Assembly: GCA_012513515.1 (NCBI GenBank)
Contig: JAAZCA010000029.1
Coordinates: 105,812 to 169,811 of the forward strand
Source of the DNA: Myxococcales bacterium
GTDB taxonomy: Bacteria; UBA10199; 2-02-FULL-44-16; JAAZCA01
Length of the DNA stretch: 64,000 nucleotides
Direction: 5' to 3'
The position numbers and the translations under genes are program-made. A model generated the notes under the pieces. It was not told the DNA's origin. It searched no databases and saw only the letters and a list, made by a program, of their open reading frames with translations. Shown piece by piece: positions 18,269-27,345 of this stretch (within the stretch, counting starts at the first letter, position 1; each line of letters begins with the position of its first letter).

Positions 18269-19249
18269 TCAAATTAAAAAATTCAGAAAACTCTTCTTCT
18301 CTACAGGAGAGACGAGTTCACTCCAGGTCCTTCCGCCATAGCGAATTTTTATGGGAACCTCCGAGCCTCCGTGGTCAGCGTAGGTCGCGCATATGGACGC
18401 CACAAGGTTGACATCCCTTATGGACTTCGGAGAGAGCACTATCGCAGCGGGGCCAGGGAGAACATCGGAGATTAAAAGCGCCCCCAGAGATTCGGGAAGC
18501 GCCTCGATCTTCTGATTATTTTTTTCATTCCTTCCGACGATAGCCTTTACCCCGTTCTCGAAGCGAAAAAACCTTCCGAGTTTCAGCAGCTCCACGTCAT
18601 CGCACCCTGCTTCCGGCAAATCATGAAGTAAAACCTCGAGCCTCTTCGAAAAAGCCGGATCCGTAAGAAGGCAGCCCCCCGCAGGCTGAATGTAATGAAC
18701 AATTCCATATTTCTTCGCGAGTTCCATCTGAGGCTTTCGCGAACGCCCGCTTATCGCACCAAGGCGCGATCTGTCGATCAACCCCTCCCTCTCCGGTTTC
18801 GTGGAATCGAGGAGCCTCGCTGATAGAGGCCTAAGAAGTATTTCGGAGCAGCCGGAATTTTTCGCCACCGTATCGAGAGACCGCCTATTCTGGGACATCG
18901 GCCTTTCGTTTAAAACCTCGCCGGTCGCAACTATATCGAAGCCCTCGGTTACCGCTATCTCCCCCGCCTTGCGAACCATCATGGCATGGCAGTCTATGCA
19001 GGGATTCATATTCTTGCCGCGGCCATGTGGAGGATTTTTGACCATCGCAAGATGCTCATCGGAAATATCCACGATCCTTATGGGAATTTTCATCTCTTTG
19101 GCTGCATCCTCGGCATTTTCAGATCCAAAAAAGGGGGTGGTGAAGGTAAGTCCGACCACCTCGATCCCCTGTTCCTCGAGCATACGTACTGCCAAAAGGC
19201 TGTCTAAGCCGCCGGAAAGAAGTGAAAGCGCCCTTATTTTTTTACCCAC
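18269..19249 (-). CDS. PP-loop superfamily ATPase (probable tRNA/thio-cofactor sulfurtransferase, ThiI/LarE-like)
   Basis: SLLSGGLDS is a PP-loop, followed by MNPCIDCH Cys motifs. Start taken at the GTG (VGKKIRAL) with a GGAGA RBS. The longer track ORF to 19408 runs into the divergent promoter. Confidence 0.55.
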   Translation of the reverse strand: MGKKIRALSLLSGGLDSLLAVRMLEEQGIEVVGLTFTTPFFGSENAEDAAKEMKIPIRIVDISDEHLAMVKNPPHGRGKNMNPCIDCHAMMVRKAGEIAVTEGFDIVATGEVLNERPMSQNRRSLDTVAKNSGCSEILLRPLSARLLDSTKPEREGLIDRSRLGAISGRSRKPQMELAKKYGIVHYIQPAGGCLLTDPAFSKRLEVLLHDLPEAGCDDVELLKLGRFFRFENGVKAIVGRNEKNNQKIEALPESLGALLISDVLPGPAAIVLSPKSIRDVNLVASICATYADHGGSEVPIKIRYGGRTWSELVSPVEKKSFLNFLI

Positions 19250-19399
19250 GCGATGTCTCCCTATTCCTGTTCGCCTGTAGCTATTCAATGGTGAGGCATA
19301 ATTTAAGAGAGAGACAAAGGCAATAGAAAGGGTTGAAACTATTGATACAAAATAGAACCGATAATCGTCATTTTTCACATTTTGTAGATAAAGCCGCGA

Positions 19400-19428
19400 T
19401 TGACGCAAGCGTAAATCTGCTCTAGATA
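19400..19428 (+). promoter_or_regulatory. putative sigma70 promoter giving a leaderless mRNA for the HD-GYP response regulator
   Basis: TTGACG, 17 nt spacer, TAGATA. The -10 ends 7 nt before the ATG at 19436, and there is no SD. Confidence 0.35.
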
Positions 19429-19435
19429 TATTAGC

Positions 19436-20431
19436 ATGGAAAAACTCAACATACCGAAGTTCGACCCCCCGCTGAATGTTCTGGCGGTGGACGATGACGC
19501 CACCAATCTCCTGATAATCGAAAAGATGCTCAAGCCCTATGGTTGCATCGTGGAAAAAGCTGCTTCCGGCCAGGACGCGCTAAACAAGGTCTGGAAAAAA
19601 CTCCCGGATATCATCCTCCTCGACGTTATGATGCCGGGGATGGATGGCTTCGAGGTCTGCAGGAACCTGAAGGGAAAGGAAAGCACGAGACTCGTTCCGA
19701 TAATCATCGTCACAGCGCTTCATCAGAAGGAAGACCGAATAAAAGGAATCCAAGCCGGCTGCGATGATTTCATAAGCAAACCGATCGAACGCCTAGAGTT
19801 AATAGCCAGGGTTCACGCATTGGGACAGGTCAAGCGCCTCAACGACGATCTCGACCATGCCGAAGCGGTCGTCCTTAGCCTCGCGCGCGCAGTCGAGGCA
19901 AAGGACCACACCACTGGCAACCACTGCGACAGACTGATGCGCCTCAGCAGGGCATTCGGCGAATATCTTGGGCTGGATGAGCCCGACATCCGCACTCTAG
20001 AGCGGGTAAGCATACTTCACGACGTGGGCAAGATAGGAATCCCAGATTCGATCCTGCTCAAGCCCGGGAAGCTCACCGAGGATGAATGGGAGATGATGAG
20101 ACAGCATCCCATACTGGGGGAGGAGATATGCCACCCACTGCGCTCTCTTTCCGACGTTTGCCCGGTGATCAGGCACCATCATGAAAAATGGAGCGGTATC
20201 GGATATCCCGACGGACTTATGGGGGAATCAATCCCTTATCTGGCTCGCGTTTTTCAGATACTCGACGCCTTCGACGCGCTGACCAGCGAACGCCCGTACA
20301 AAAGGGCGTTTTCAGCTCAGGACGCCCTGAAAACCATAGAGGATGAATCCTCGATGGGATACTGGGATCCAACGCTTGTAAAAAAATTCCGGGAGTTTTT
20401 AAATTCACGGGACGCCTCGAAGCCGTTGTGA
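19436..20431 (+). CDS. response regulator with receiver domain plus HD-GYP phosphodiesterase domain
   Basis: Receiver VLAVDDD...LLDVMMPGMDG with the phospho-accepting Asp. HD-GYP motifs are HDVGKIGIP and HHEKWSGIGYPDG. Confidence 0.85.
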   Translation: MEKLNIPKFDPPLNVLAVDDDATNLLIIEKMLKPYGCIVEKAASGQDALNKVWKKLPDIILLDVMMPGMDGFEVCRNLKGKESTRLVPIIIVTALHQKEDRIKGIQAGCDDFISKPIERLELIARVHALGQVKRLNDDLDHAEAVVLSLARAVEAKDHTTGNHCDRLMRLSRAFGEYLGLDEPDIRTLERVSILHDVGKIGIPDSILLKPGKLTEDEWEMMRQHPILGEEICHPLRSLSDVCPVIRHHHEKWSGIGYPDGLMGESIPYLARVFQILDAFDALTSERPYKRAFSAQDALKTIEDESSMGYWDPTLVKKFREFLNSRDASKPL

Positions 20432-20461
20432 AGAAGATGTCACGAACGAGAGGGATCTAGA

Positions 20462-21904
20462 TTGAAAAAAAACTTCTTCTGTTATCCTTTCATTATCAAA
20501 CGACCCAAAAAAAACAGCAACTACCGTCTCATATCTCTAGCGGTTGTGGCTGCCGTCATTTCCATCGCCTTCGCATCCTGTTCGAAAAAAAACGACCCCG
20601 AGCCGATAAAATCACTGGCGACATCCGTCACGCTGGAAGTAAACCCATCAAAACCCTCGATCAATTTTATCACCTGGAATGAGGACTATCTGCATGCCAT
20701 GCGTGAAAAAATCCCAGCCTTCGAAAAGGAAAACGGCATAGAGGTAACTTGGAGGCTTCTGAGCGAAGATGTGGTGCGCGAAAAGGTTTTAATTGATCTG
20801 GCATCCGGCGCAGGAGAATACGATCTAGTCCTTACCGACGTCTGGATACTTCCGGAACACGTACATTTCGGATATCTGGAGCCGCTTGATGAATTCGCAA
20901 AATCGGATCCGGCTTTTAAGAAGGATTTCTGGTATCCGGAATTTCTCGACGCACTCACCTACGAAGACCACCTTTATGCCCTTCCAACGGAGAGCTTCGG
21001 CGCCGCGATGATGATCAGAAAAGACCTGCTCGAGAAAAAAGGAATTTCTATTCCCAAGACTACCGACGAACTCGAGGCCGCTGCAAGAATGCTGACGCTT
21101 GATTTAAGCGGCGACGGCAAGATCGACCTCTTCGGCGCGGTTTCCAGGGGAAAGGCCGGAGAGGAACCGACCATAGTGGTCTCCGGATTCGCCTGGGCAT
21201 ATGGGGGAAGTTGGTTTGAAGGGGGAGCTTCAACAGCTTCAGAGATACGCACCAAGCAGGCCAAGCCGTCATTCAACTCACCTGAATTCATAGCGGGATT
21301 TAAAAAATACTGCGACCTGCTGCGCAAATTCGGCCCTCCGGGAATTAAGGACTACAGCTGGTACGAAATAATAGAGCATGGCAAAAAGGGGACCGCCGCA
21401 ATAATACTCAACTCGGATTTCAACGTAGGCGCTCTCGACAGACCATCTATCGGGATGAGGGAGAAATACATAGCCGCCCTTCCCGTCAAAGGACCGGCAA
21501 GGTATACTCAGGAAGCCTTCGCAATGGGTTACGGAATAAACAAGCACTCCCGCAATAAAAAAGCAGCATGGCAATTTTTGAAGTTTTTGACCGGCACGGA
21601 TTTCATGGAGGACGTGGTAAAAAATCACGCCACATCCATCGCAATACGATCCCTGCGCGAGGGAGACCTCTACAGGGAGATGCACCCATACAAGACCGAT
21701 GATGACAAGTTCGTTTTGGAGGAAAGCATACGCTTGATAGACTGGGATTACATGCCGAAGATTCCGGAGTACTCCGTAATTTCCAACATGTTGGGCACCG
21801 CCACCTCCGAAGTAATAGCCGGAAAGAAAAACCCTAAGGAGGCGATGGATCATTTGAACAACTCCGTATTTAAACTTATGAAGCAGTCGGGCTATTATAA
21901 CTGA
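20462..21904 (+). CDS. ABC-type extracellular solute-binding lipoprotein (family 1, sugar-type)
   Basis: Lipobox IAFASC. 480 aa with SBP_bac_1-like features. No permease or ATPase genes are adjacent. Confidence 0.65.
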   Translation: MKKNFFCYPFIIKRPKKNSNYRLISLAVVAAVISIAFASCSKKNDPEPIKSLATSVTLEVNPSKPSINFITWNEDYLHAMREKIPAFEKENGIEVTWRLLSEDVVREKVLIDLASGAGEYDLVLTDVWILPEHVHFGYLEPLDEFAKSDPAFKKDFWYPEFLDALTYEDHLYALPTESFGAAMMIRKDLLEKKGISIPKTTDELEAAARMLTLDLSGDGKIDLFGAVSRGKAGEEPTIVVSGFAWAYGGSWFEGGASTASEIRTKQAKPSFNSPEFIAGFKKYCDLLRKFGPPGIKDYSWYEIIEHGKKGTAAIILNSDFNVGALDRPSIGMREKYIAALPVKGPARYTQEAFAMGYGINKHSRNKKAAWQFLKFLTGTDFMEDVVKNHATSIAIRSLREGDLYREMHPYKTDDDKFVLEESIRLIDWDYMPKIPEYSVISNMLGTATSEVIAGKKNPKEAMDHLNNSVFKLMKQSGYYN

Positions 21905-21926
21905 CGGGAGCAAACGAGGCTCACCA

Positions 21927-23873
21927 ATGTTTAAAAAGATAAAAATTAAATTTTTGATTCCAATACTCCTCCTCCAGCTGGTCGCCCTCGGCGTACTTGG
22001 CTTCATAGCCCACCGATTCAGCAGCGATCTCTTGACCACCTTGGCCGAACGCGAGTTCAATCTCACAATAGAATCAACCAGACAGCACATAGAATCTGCA
22101 ATCAAGGACAGGCTGGACAAATCCAAGGCATTGCTGAACAACGCGGTGTTCATAAAGTTCAATGCGGCACAGTTTTATAAAAGCGACGCCGACGTGGCTG
22201 TTTTCAATTTCCAGAAAGGAAACGGACTAATCTTCTCCGAACCCGAGGTCGGGGGCCTCGTCAACTACCCAATCGGACTTCTCGCCAATGAAGGCAACAG
22301 GGGCATATCGAGCATGGGTCTCTTTCCATCACAGGAATACGTCGGCAGTGACGGGATGGTTCGCCAGCACGTCTATCTCGGCGGATCGAACGATATCGAC
22401 TTTGAAATCGCATCCCCTGAGAAGCTCGACAGATCACAAGCCGAGTGGTTCAAGGCTGCCATGGCTGGCAACATCTTCGTGGGACGCCCCCAGGAGATGC
22501 CGCTGTATCTGAGAAAATACGATCCGGTCGAAATAGAGTCGGAAGAAGTGGAGAAAAAAGAAAACCTGATAGTCATAGCTATGCCTCATAAAATCGGCGA
22601 CGCTACCGTAGGGGTTCTGATGGTGACCACTCCCCCTGATTTCATATACAATGCCCTGCCGGACCATGAAAGCTCAGCGCTGATAATGCTCGTCGATTCC
22701 AATGGAAACATGATCGCAGAGAGCGGCAACCTCTCTCTTGAAAAATCGATTCCATCTTTCGATCCGGCCAGAGTTACGGCCAGCGGAGCCGACTCGATAC
22801 ACGAAGAAGAGGATCTTCTGGTCTTGCACGAGCCGATCGACGAATCCGGATGGACTCTTTCGATGTTCGCAAAGAAAAGCGATATCTACGGCGCCGTATA
22901 TAAACTCAGAAATAATATTCTGTTCATAGTAGCGATCTCAGTCACCATAATGGCACTCTGCGTATTCTTCATCATAGGCAAATTGCTCCGGCCGATCATA
23001 AAACTGACAAACGCCTCCGACAGGATGGCCGGTGGCGAACTCGGGCTGCAAATCGACAAGAGTTCCGACGATGAAATAGGAAGGCTGACTGAATCATTCA
23101 ACAAGATGAGCACCTCAACCAAAAAGATGCATGACAGGCTCGCCCGCATAAACTTCGTCAGGAAGCAGATGCTGCAAATAATCAGCCACGAGCTTAAAAC
23201 CCCCCTCAACGGAATCATAGGATTCTACGAGCTGATGAAGGATGAAATCATGAAAGGTTCCTCCTCCAGCATGGAGGAGTTTCAGGAATGTTTCGATGGC
23301 TTGGGCGGAAGCATCGAAAAATACAGAATGCTCGTCGAAAGGCTCACTAAAACCACGAGTGTGATGACGGGCGAAATGAAGGGGATCGATGAGGTGGATG
23401 AACCATCGTCGCTTATGGAATCTCTGCAAGCCGCTGTCGATGAAGCCAAAAGGCACCGCAGCTCGATCGAACTCAAATTCGACATGGAAGATTTTGCCGC
23501 AACCAGGGTCGCGGCTCCATTTGGGGCGGTGAAGCTGATCTTCGAAGAGGCCCTCTCCAACGCGATAAAATACTCTCCAGCTGATAGCCCGATAGAGATA
23601 TTCCTATCCAGAGGTGACTCAGAGGCAATAATAGAAGTACACGACAACGGAACAGGTATCCCTCAAAAATATCTGGATGAGGTCATAGAACCTTTCTTCG
23701 AAGTCGCCGATTCTCTCTACCACTCCAGCGGAAAATACAAAGAAGGAGGAGGCGGACTCGGCCTTGGTCTTACAATCATAGGAAATGTTCTCAGGAGATG
23801 CGGCGGCAAGATGAGAATCGAATCGAAGGAAGGAAAAGGCACCTCCCTCATCATCTCCCTTCCGTTGGCATAG
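21927..23873 (+). CDS. sensor histidine kinase with a large periplasmic sensing domain, HAMP, HisKA and HATPase
   Basis: N-terminal TM, then a ~300 aa periplasmic region and a second TM. HAMP (GRLTESFNKM). H-box ISHELKTPLNGIIG. N, G1 and G2 boxes (GGGLGLGL). Confidence 0.85.
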   Translation: MFKKIKIKFLIPILLLQLVALGVLGFIAHRFSSDLLTTLAEREFNLTIESTRQHIESAIKDRLDKSKALLNNAVFIKFNAAQFYKSDADVAVFNFQKGNGLIFSEPEVGGLVNYPIGLLANEGNRGISSMGLFPSQEYVGSDGMVRQHVYLGGSNDIDFEIASPEKLDRSQAEWFKAAMAGNIFVGRPQEMPLYLRKYDPVEIESEEVEKKENLIVIAMPHKIGDATVGVLMVTTPPDFIYNALPDHESSALIMLVDSNGNMIAESGNLSLEKSIPSFDPARVTASGADSIHEEEDLLVLHEPIDESGWTLSMFAKKSDIYGAVYKLRNNILFIVAISVTIMALCVFFIIGKLLRPIIKLTNASDRMAGGELGLQIDKSSDDEIGRLTESFNKMSTSTKKMHDRLARINFVRKQMLQIISHELKTPLNGIIGFYELMKDEIMKGSSSSMEEFQECFDGLGGSIEKYRMLVERLTKTTSVMTGEMKGIDEVDEPSSLMESLQAAVDEAKRHRSSIELKFDMEDFAATRVAAPFGAVKLIFEEALSNAIKYSPADSPIEIFLSRGDSEAIIEVHDNGTGIPQKYLDEVIEPFFEVADSLYHSSGKYKEGGGGLGLGLTIIGNVLRRCGGKMRIESKEGKGTSLIISLPLA

Positions 23874-23926
23874 ATAAAATTATTACAAAGAAATGTGCCC
23901 TGCCCAGCCAATCGCACGCCGATAAA

Positions 23927-24112
23927 TCATTTTTTCCTATTGTGAATATCGAGCCCCGCTTTGGCCAGAAGCTCTAGGACCTCGCTCTTGGAACGACCGG
24001 TCTCCTTGGCTATGCGACTGATATCATCAACCAGCCCTCTAGATAGATAGAAGGCGTAGCTCTGTTTGCGACTCTTGCTATCCGGTTTCTGTTTTTTCTC
24101 GATCAAAGGCAT
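23927..24112 (-). CDS. ribbon-helix-helix (CopG/Arc/MetJ-like) DNA-binding protein
   Basis: KQSYAFYLSRGLVDDISRIAKETGRSKSEVLELLAKAGL fits a beta-strand plus two helices. The track ORF starts at a TTG further upstream (24160). Confidence 0.5.
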   Translation of the reverse strand: MPLIEKKQKPDSKSRKQSYAFYLSRGLVDDISRIAKETGRSKSEVLELLAKAGLDIHNRKK

Positions 24113-24173
24113 CTGGGCCTCCTCTCCATCTGAGCTTATATATTGTAACAGGCATTGCAAATTGAATTCAATC

Positions 24174-24202
24174 TTTGACTTATATTTTAGAATATATTAG
24201 AA
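24174..24202 (+). promoter_or_regulatory. near-consensus sigma70 promoter (TTGACT-17 nt-TAGAAT)
   Basis: Read directly from the sequence. Local coordinates may be off by 1 nt. Confidence 0.45.
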
Positions 24203-24219
24203 TTTATATAGGAGAACAG

Positions 24220-24384
24220 ATGAAATATAATAATTTCAGGGAGTTAGAAAAGAAAGTGAGTCTTCTCAAGAAAAGGTGCCCGTGGGTGGCTATGCTGCTT
24301 CTTCATTGCTTAAAAACACGCGACCCCAGGGCATTCCGTGCCATGCGCGTCATGCTAGCCCGCCTGAGCCTCAACGAGGCATGA
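24220..24384 (+). CDS. small hypothetical protein (54 aa, MKYNNFRELEKKVSLLKKRCPWVAMLLLHCLKTRDPRAFRAMRVMLARLSLNEA)
   Basis: AGGAGAACAG SD before the ATG. Lies downstream of the strong promoter and divergent from the RHH gene. Confidence 0.35.
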   Translation: MKYNNFRELEKKVSLLKKRCPWVAMLLLHCLKTRDPRAFRAMRVMLARLSLNEA

Positions 24385-24393
24385 GCAGTTCAG

Positions 24394-25476
24394 TCAAGCG
24401 TCATTCAATGTCTTTATGGTGAAGTAAAAGGAGCTGCCTCGCCCGACCTCGCTTTCAACCCAGAGCTCCCCGCCCATTAATGAGACCAGCCCCACCGATA
24501 TTGGGAGACCAAGGCCGGTCCCCTCCTCTCCCTGCTTCGAATTAATCTCGGATGAAATCGATATGCCGCGAACGATGTCATTGATCCTCTCGCTGGAAAT
24601 TCCAGAGCCGCTGTCCTTGACTGAGAATATTATATCACCGCGTTTCGAGCTTCTATTGGAGGCTGCCTCCAAGAGTATGCTGCCGCGCTCCGTGCATTTC
24701 TGAGCATTGCTGAGCAGGTTTATCAGAACCCTGGAGAGTTTATGACCGTCGGCGTTTACCACCTTGCGCAGATCATCCGAAATCACCACCTTGAGCTCCA
24801 CGCCCTTCTCAGCACACTGCGTCCTCACTGTTGCGGCGGCCTCCTCCACGATATCTGCGATGTTGACGTGGGATGGGTGAAGAACCATTCGCCCGGATTC
24901 CAGCCTGAAGAGATCCAGGACCTCGTTTACCAGATGAAGCATGTTCTGGCCGCTCTTTCTGATTATCCCGAGGCTGTGTTTTCTCTCCTCATTGCTTTCC
25001 GAAGATTCCAGTTCCTCGGAAAGACCGATTATGCCCGCAAGCGGAGTTTTCATTTCGTGGCTCATATTCGTAAAAAATTCGCTTTTCATGCGCCCCAGTC
25101 CGCCAACGCTCCAGCTTCCCGGACGCCTGAAGCGGAAAGCGCCAGCGATGACCGCAAACAGGAGCACAGCAGCGATGACTTGGGCTATGACCATTGCGCA
25201 GATCGTGTAAAAAAAACGGGCTTGCTCCGCATGGGCAACCTTATTTTCAAGAGATGAAACGGATGGAAGATTCAGGGGAATATTCCCCAAAAACATTTTG
25301 AGAATCGGGCCAAGGCTCTCGGCGGAAAAAAACCTTAGTTGTTCCACTATAGCCGCGACTGAATACCTTGAAATGAGATGCAAAATTGCGACATTCATAA
25401 GCGCAGATAAGGCTAGCGCGAGGAGCACGAAAAAAAACGAGCGCCTGGATAATTTATCCCTCAATATTGGTGACAT
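24394..25476 (-). CDS. membrane sensor histidine kinase (orphan)
   Basis: H-box MSHEMKTPLAGIIGLSE. HATPase N, G1 and G2 (GTGLGLPISVGLV). No response regulator is adjacent. Confidence 0.85.
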   Translation of the reverse strand: MSPILRDKLSRRSFFFVLLALALSALMNVAILHLISRYSVAAIVEQLRFFSAESLGPILKMFLGNIPLNLPSVSSLENKVAHAEQARFFYTICAMVIAQVIAAVLLFAVIAGAFRFRRPGSWSVGGLGRMKSEFFTNMSHEMKTPLAGIIGLSEELESSESNEERKHSLGIIRKSGQNMLHLVNEVLDLFRLESGRMVLHPSHVNIADIVEEAAATVRTQCAEKGVELKVVISDDLRKVVNADGHKLSRVLINLLSNAQKCTERGSILLEAASNRSSKRGDIIFSVKDSGSGISSERINDIVRGISISSEINSKQGEEGTGLGLPISVGLVSLMGGELWVESEVGRGSSFYFTIKTLNDA

Positions 25477-25627
25477 AGGGGCTCAGATATAAGTTTTTTC
25501 ATCACCGCTGAAAAGTTTTTTCTGGCGCAAAAACACCCAGCCCACCGATCGAAATCCGCGAGAGCTCTACAACTAACCAATATATAAGACTTTTATAGCA
25601 ACTTGCAGAGCGTTTGAGAGCGGAGAA

Positions 25628-26554
25628 ATGCCCCTTGAAGTCGAATGGCAAATTTCATACAAGCCGCGGATGGTCGTAAACCCATTCAAAGAAAGAAAAC
25701 CCCTGTCCGGCTTCACGACATTTCGCATCGGGGGCCCCGCCCCAATAGCCGAGGTCTCTTCGCCAGAAGAGCTGCTCGACGCAATTGGAGATGCAAACTC
25801 GCGCGGCCTTGACTGGATCGTAATAGGGCATGGCTCAAACATACTCGCGCACGATGAAGGAGTCGATAAGGGAGTTATAGTTTTTTCCGACGATTCGGAA
25901 CCGAAGCTTAAAGATTGCATCATAGAGGCTTCAGCTGGAATCCCGCTCGCGACTCTGATAGATTTTTCGCAGCTGCACTCCCTATCCGGCTTGGAAAACC
26001 TAGCGGGAATTCCGGGGAGTCTCGGCGGGGCCATAGCGGGCAACGCTGGCGCTTATGGATCATCCATATCGGACTGCATATACGAGATTGAAATCGCCAC
26101 GAGAAAAGGAAATCCGCTTAGAATTCCCAAGGAAAAACTCTCATTCTCATATCGCAACAGCGCAATAAAAAGGGAGCGGATCCCGATTCTTCGGGCCATT
26201 CTTAGGCTCACCGTGGGAGAAAGATCCGAGATATCGGAAAGAATTGCGGAACGCATCGAGGATAGAAAAACCAAACACCCGGATTACAGAGTCGTGCCCA
26301 CCGCGGGCAGCTTTTTCAAAAATCCGCTGAATTCGGACGGCGACAGAGTCGCCGCAGGAAAACTTCTGGATGAGTGTGGATGTAGAGGGATGAGGATAGG
26401 AAAAGCCACTACATGGCACAGGCACGCCAACATCATAGTCACCGACGGAAAATCCTCCTACGCCGAAGTCCGAGCACTCGCCACCATGATGGCTGAAAGA
26501 GTTCGCGAAAAATTCGGGATATCGCTCGAAAACGAAGTTCTTTTCCTGATCTGA
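25628..26554 (+). CDS. murB: UDP-N-acetylenolpyruvoylglucosamine reductase
   Basis: FAD-binding FTTFRIGGPA and a MurB C-terminal domain. 308 aa. Alternative start at 25667. Confidence 0.85.
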   Translation: MPLEVEWQISYKPRMVVNPFKERKPLSGFTTFRIGGPAPIAEVSSPEELLDAIGDANSRGLDWIVIGHGSNILAHDEGVDKGVIVFSDDSEPKLKDCIIEASAGIPLATLIDFSQLHSLSGLENLAGIPGSLGGAIAGNAGAYGSSISDCIYEIEIATRKGNPLRIPKEKLSFSYRNSAIKRERIPILRAILRLTVGERSEISERIAERIEDRKTKHPDYRVVPTAGSFFKNPLNSDGDRVAAGKLLDECGCRGMRIGKATTWHRHANIIVTDGKSSYAEVRALATMMAERVREKFGISLENEVLFLI

Positions 26555-26625
26555 TGATCTCAGCAAGGATGTGTTCCGCAGGAAAAAACAATATCTGCGC
26601 AAGAGGAATTAATTTCAGAATTAAA

Positions 26626-27345
26626 TCACGATCCCTTGCTCATCGCCATCAGGCTTTTGATCTCAGCGGAACGAAGGTCGCGCCACTTGCCTACGGCGAG
26701 CCTTCCGAGCTTGACCGGTCCTATCGCAATACGCTTTAACTCCCTCACCTGACAGCCGATATGCTCGAGCATCCGACGGACCTGGCGGTTTTTCCCTTCG
26801 CGGATGCTTATTTCCAAAAGGGTATTATCTCTTTCGCGTTTCTTGAGCGTCACGCGAGCCGGAAGAGTTTTCCCATCTTTAAGAGAGATCCCACTCCGCA
26901 GCTTTTCCAGATCCGCATCCGTAGGAGTCCCCTTCACCCATACGCGGTAGGTCTTCCATATCTCGTGACGGGGGTGCGTGAGCAGATTTATGAAATCCCC
27001 ATCGTCAGTGAGAAGCAAAAGCCCTTCCGATTCGAAATCCAGCCGTCCGACTGAGTTCAGCTTGTCCTTGAAATGCCTGAGCGTGGTCCATATCGTCTCG
27101 CGCCCCTCGGGGTCGGACTTCGTAACCATCTGAAATTTCGGTTTGTGAAAGGCGAAGTACTTCCTCTCTGCCTTGACGATGAGCTGTTTATCCTTCAAAA
27201 AAACTTTGTCATTAAAGATATCGACCACGGTGCCAAGCTTATTCACAACTACGCCGTTGACCTGCACATCGCCATTTAGGATGGCCTCTTCAGCAGCGCG
27301 TCGGGAAAGATCACTCGACAGAGCGATCATCCTCTGCAGGCGCAT
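26626..27345 (-). CDS. pseudouridine synthase, RsuA/RluB family (S4 domain plus catalytic domain)
   Basis: S4 domain (ALSSDLSRRAAEEAILNGDVQVNG) and the catalytic VGRLDFESEGLLLLTDDG motif. The start is ambiguous between 27345 and 27363. Confidence 0.8.
   Translation of the reverse strand: MRLQRMIALSSDLSRRAAEEAILNGDVQVNGVVVNKLGTVVDIFNDKVFLKDKQLIVKAERKYFAFHKPKFQMVTKSDPEGRETIWTTLRHFKDKLNSVGRLDFESEGLLLLTDDGDFINLLTHPRHEIWKTYRVWVKGTPTDADLEKLRSGISLKDGKTLPARVTLKKRERDNTLLEISIREGKNRQVRRMLEHIGCQVRELKRIAIGPVKLGRLAVGKWRDLRSAEIKSLMAMSKGS

Noticed and set aside
19250-19408. Long N-terminal extension of the PP-loop ATPase ORF (track start 19408)
   Set aside because: The extension is low-complexity and runs through the divergent promoter of the response-regulator gene. 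The GTG at 19247-19249 has a GGAGA RBS and begins right before the PP-loop.
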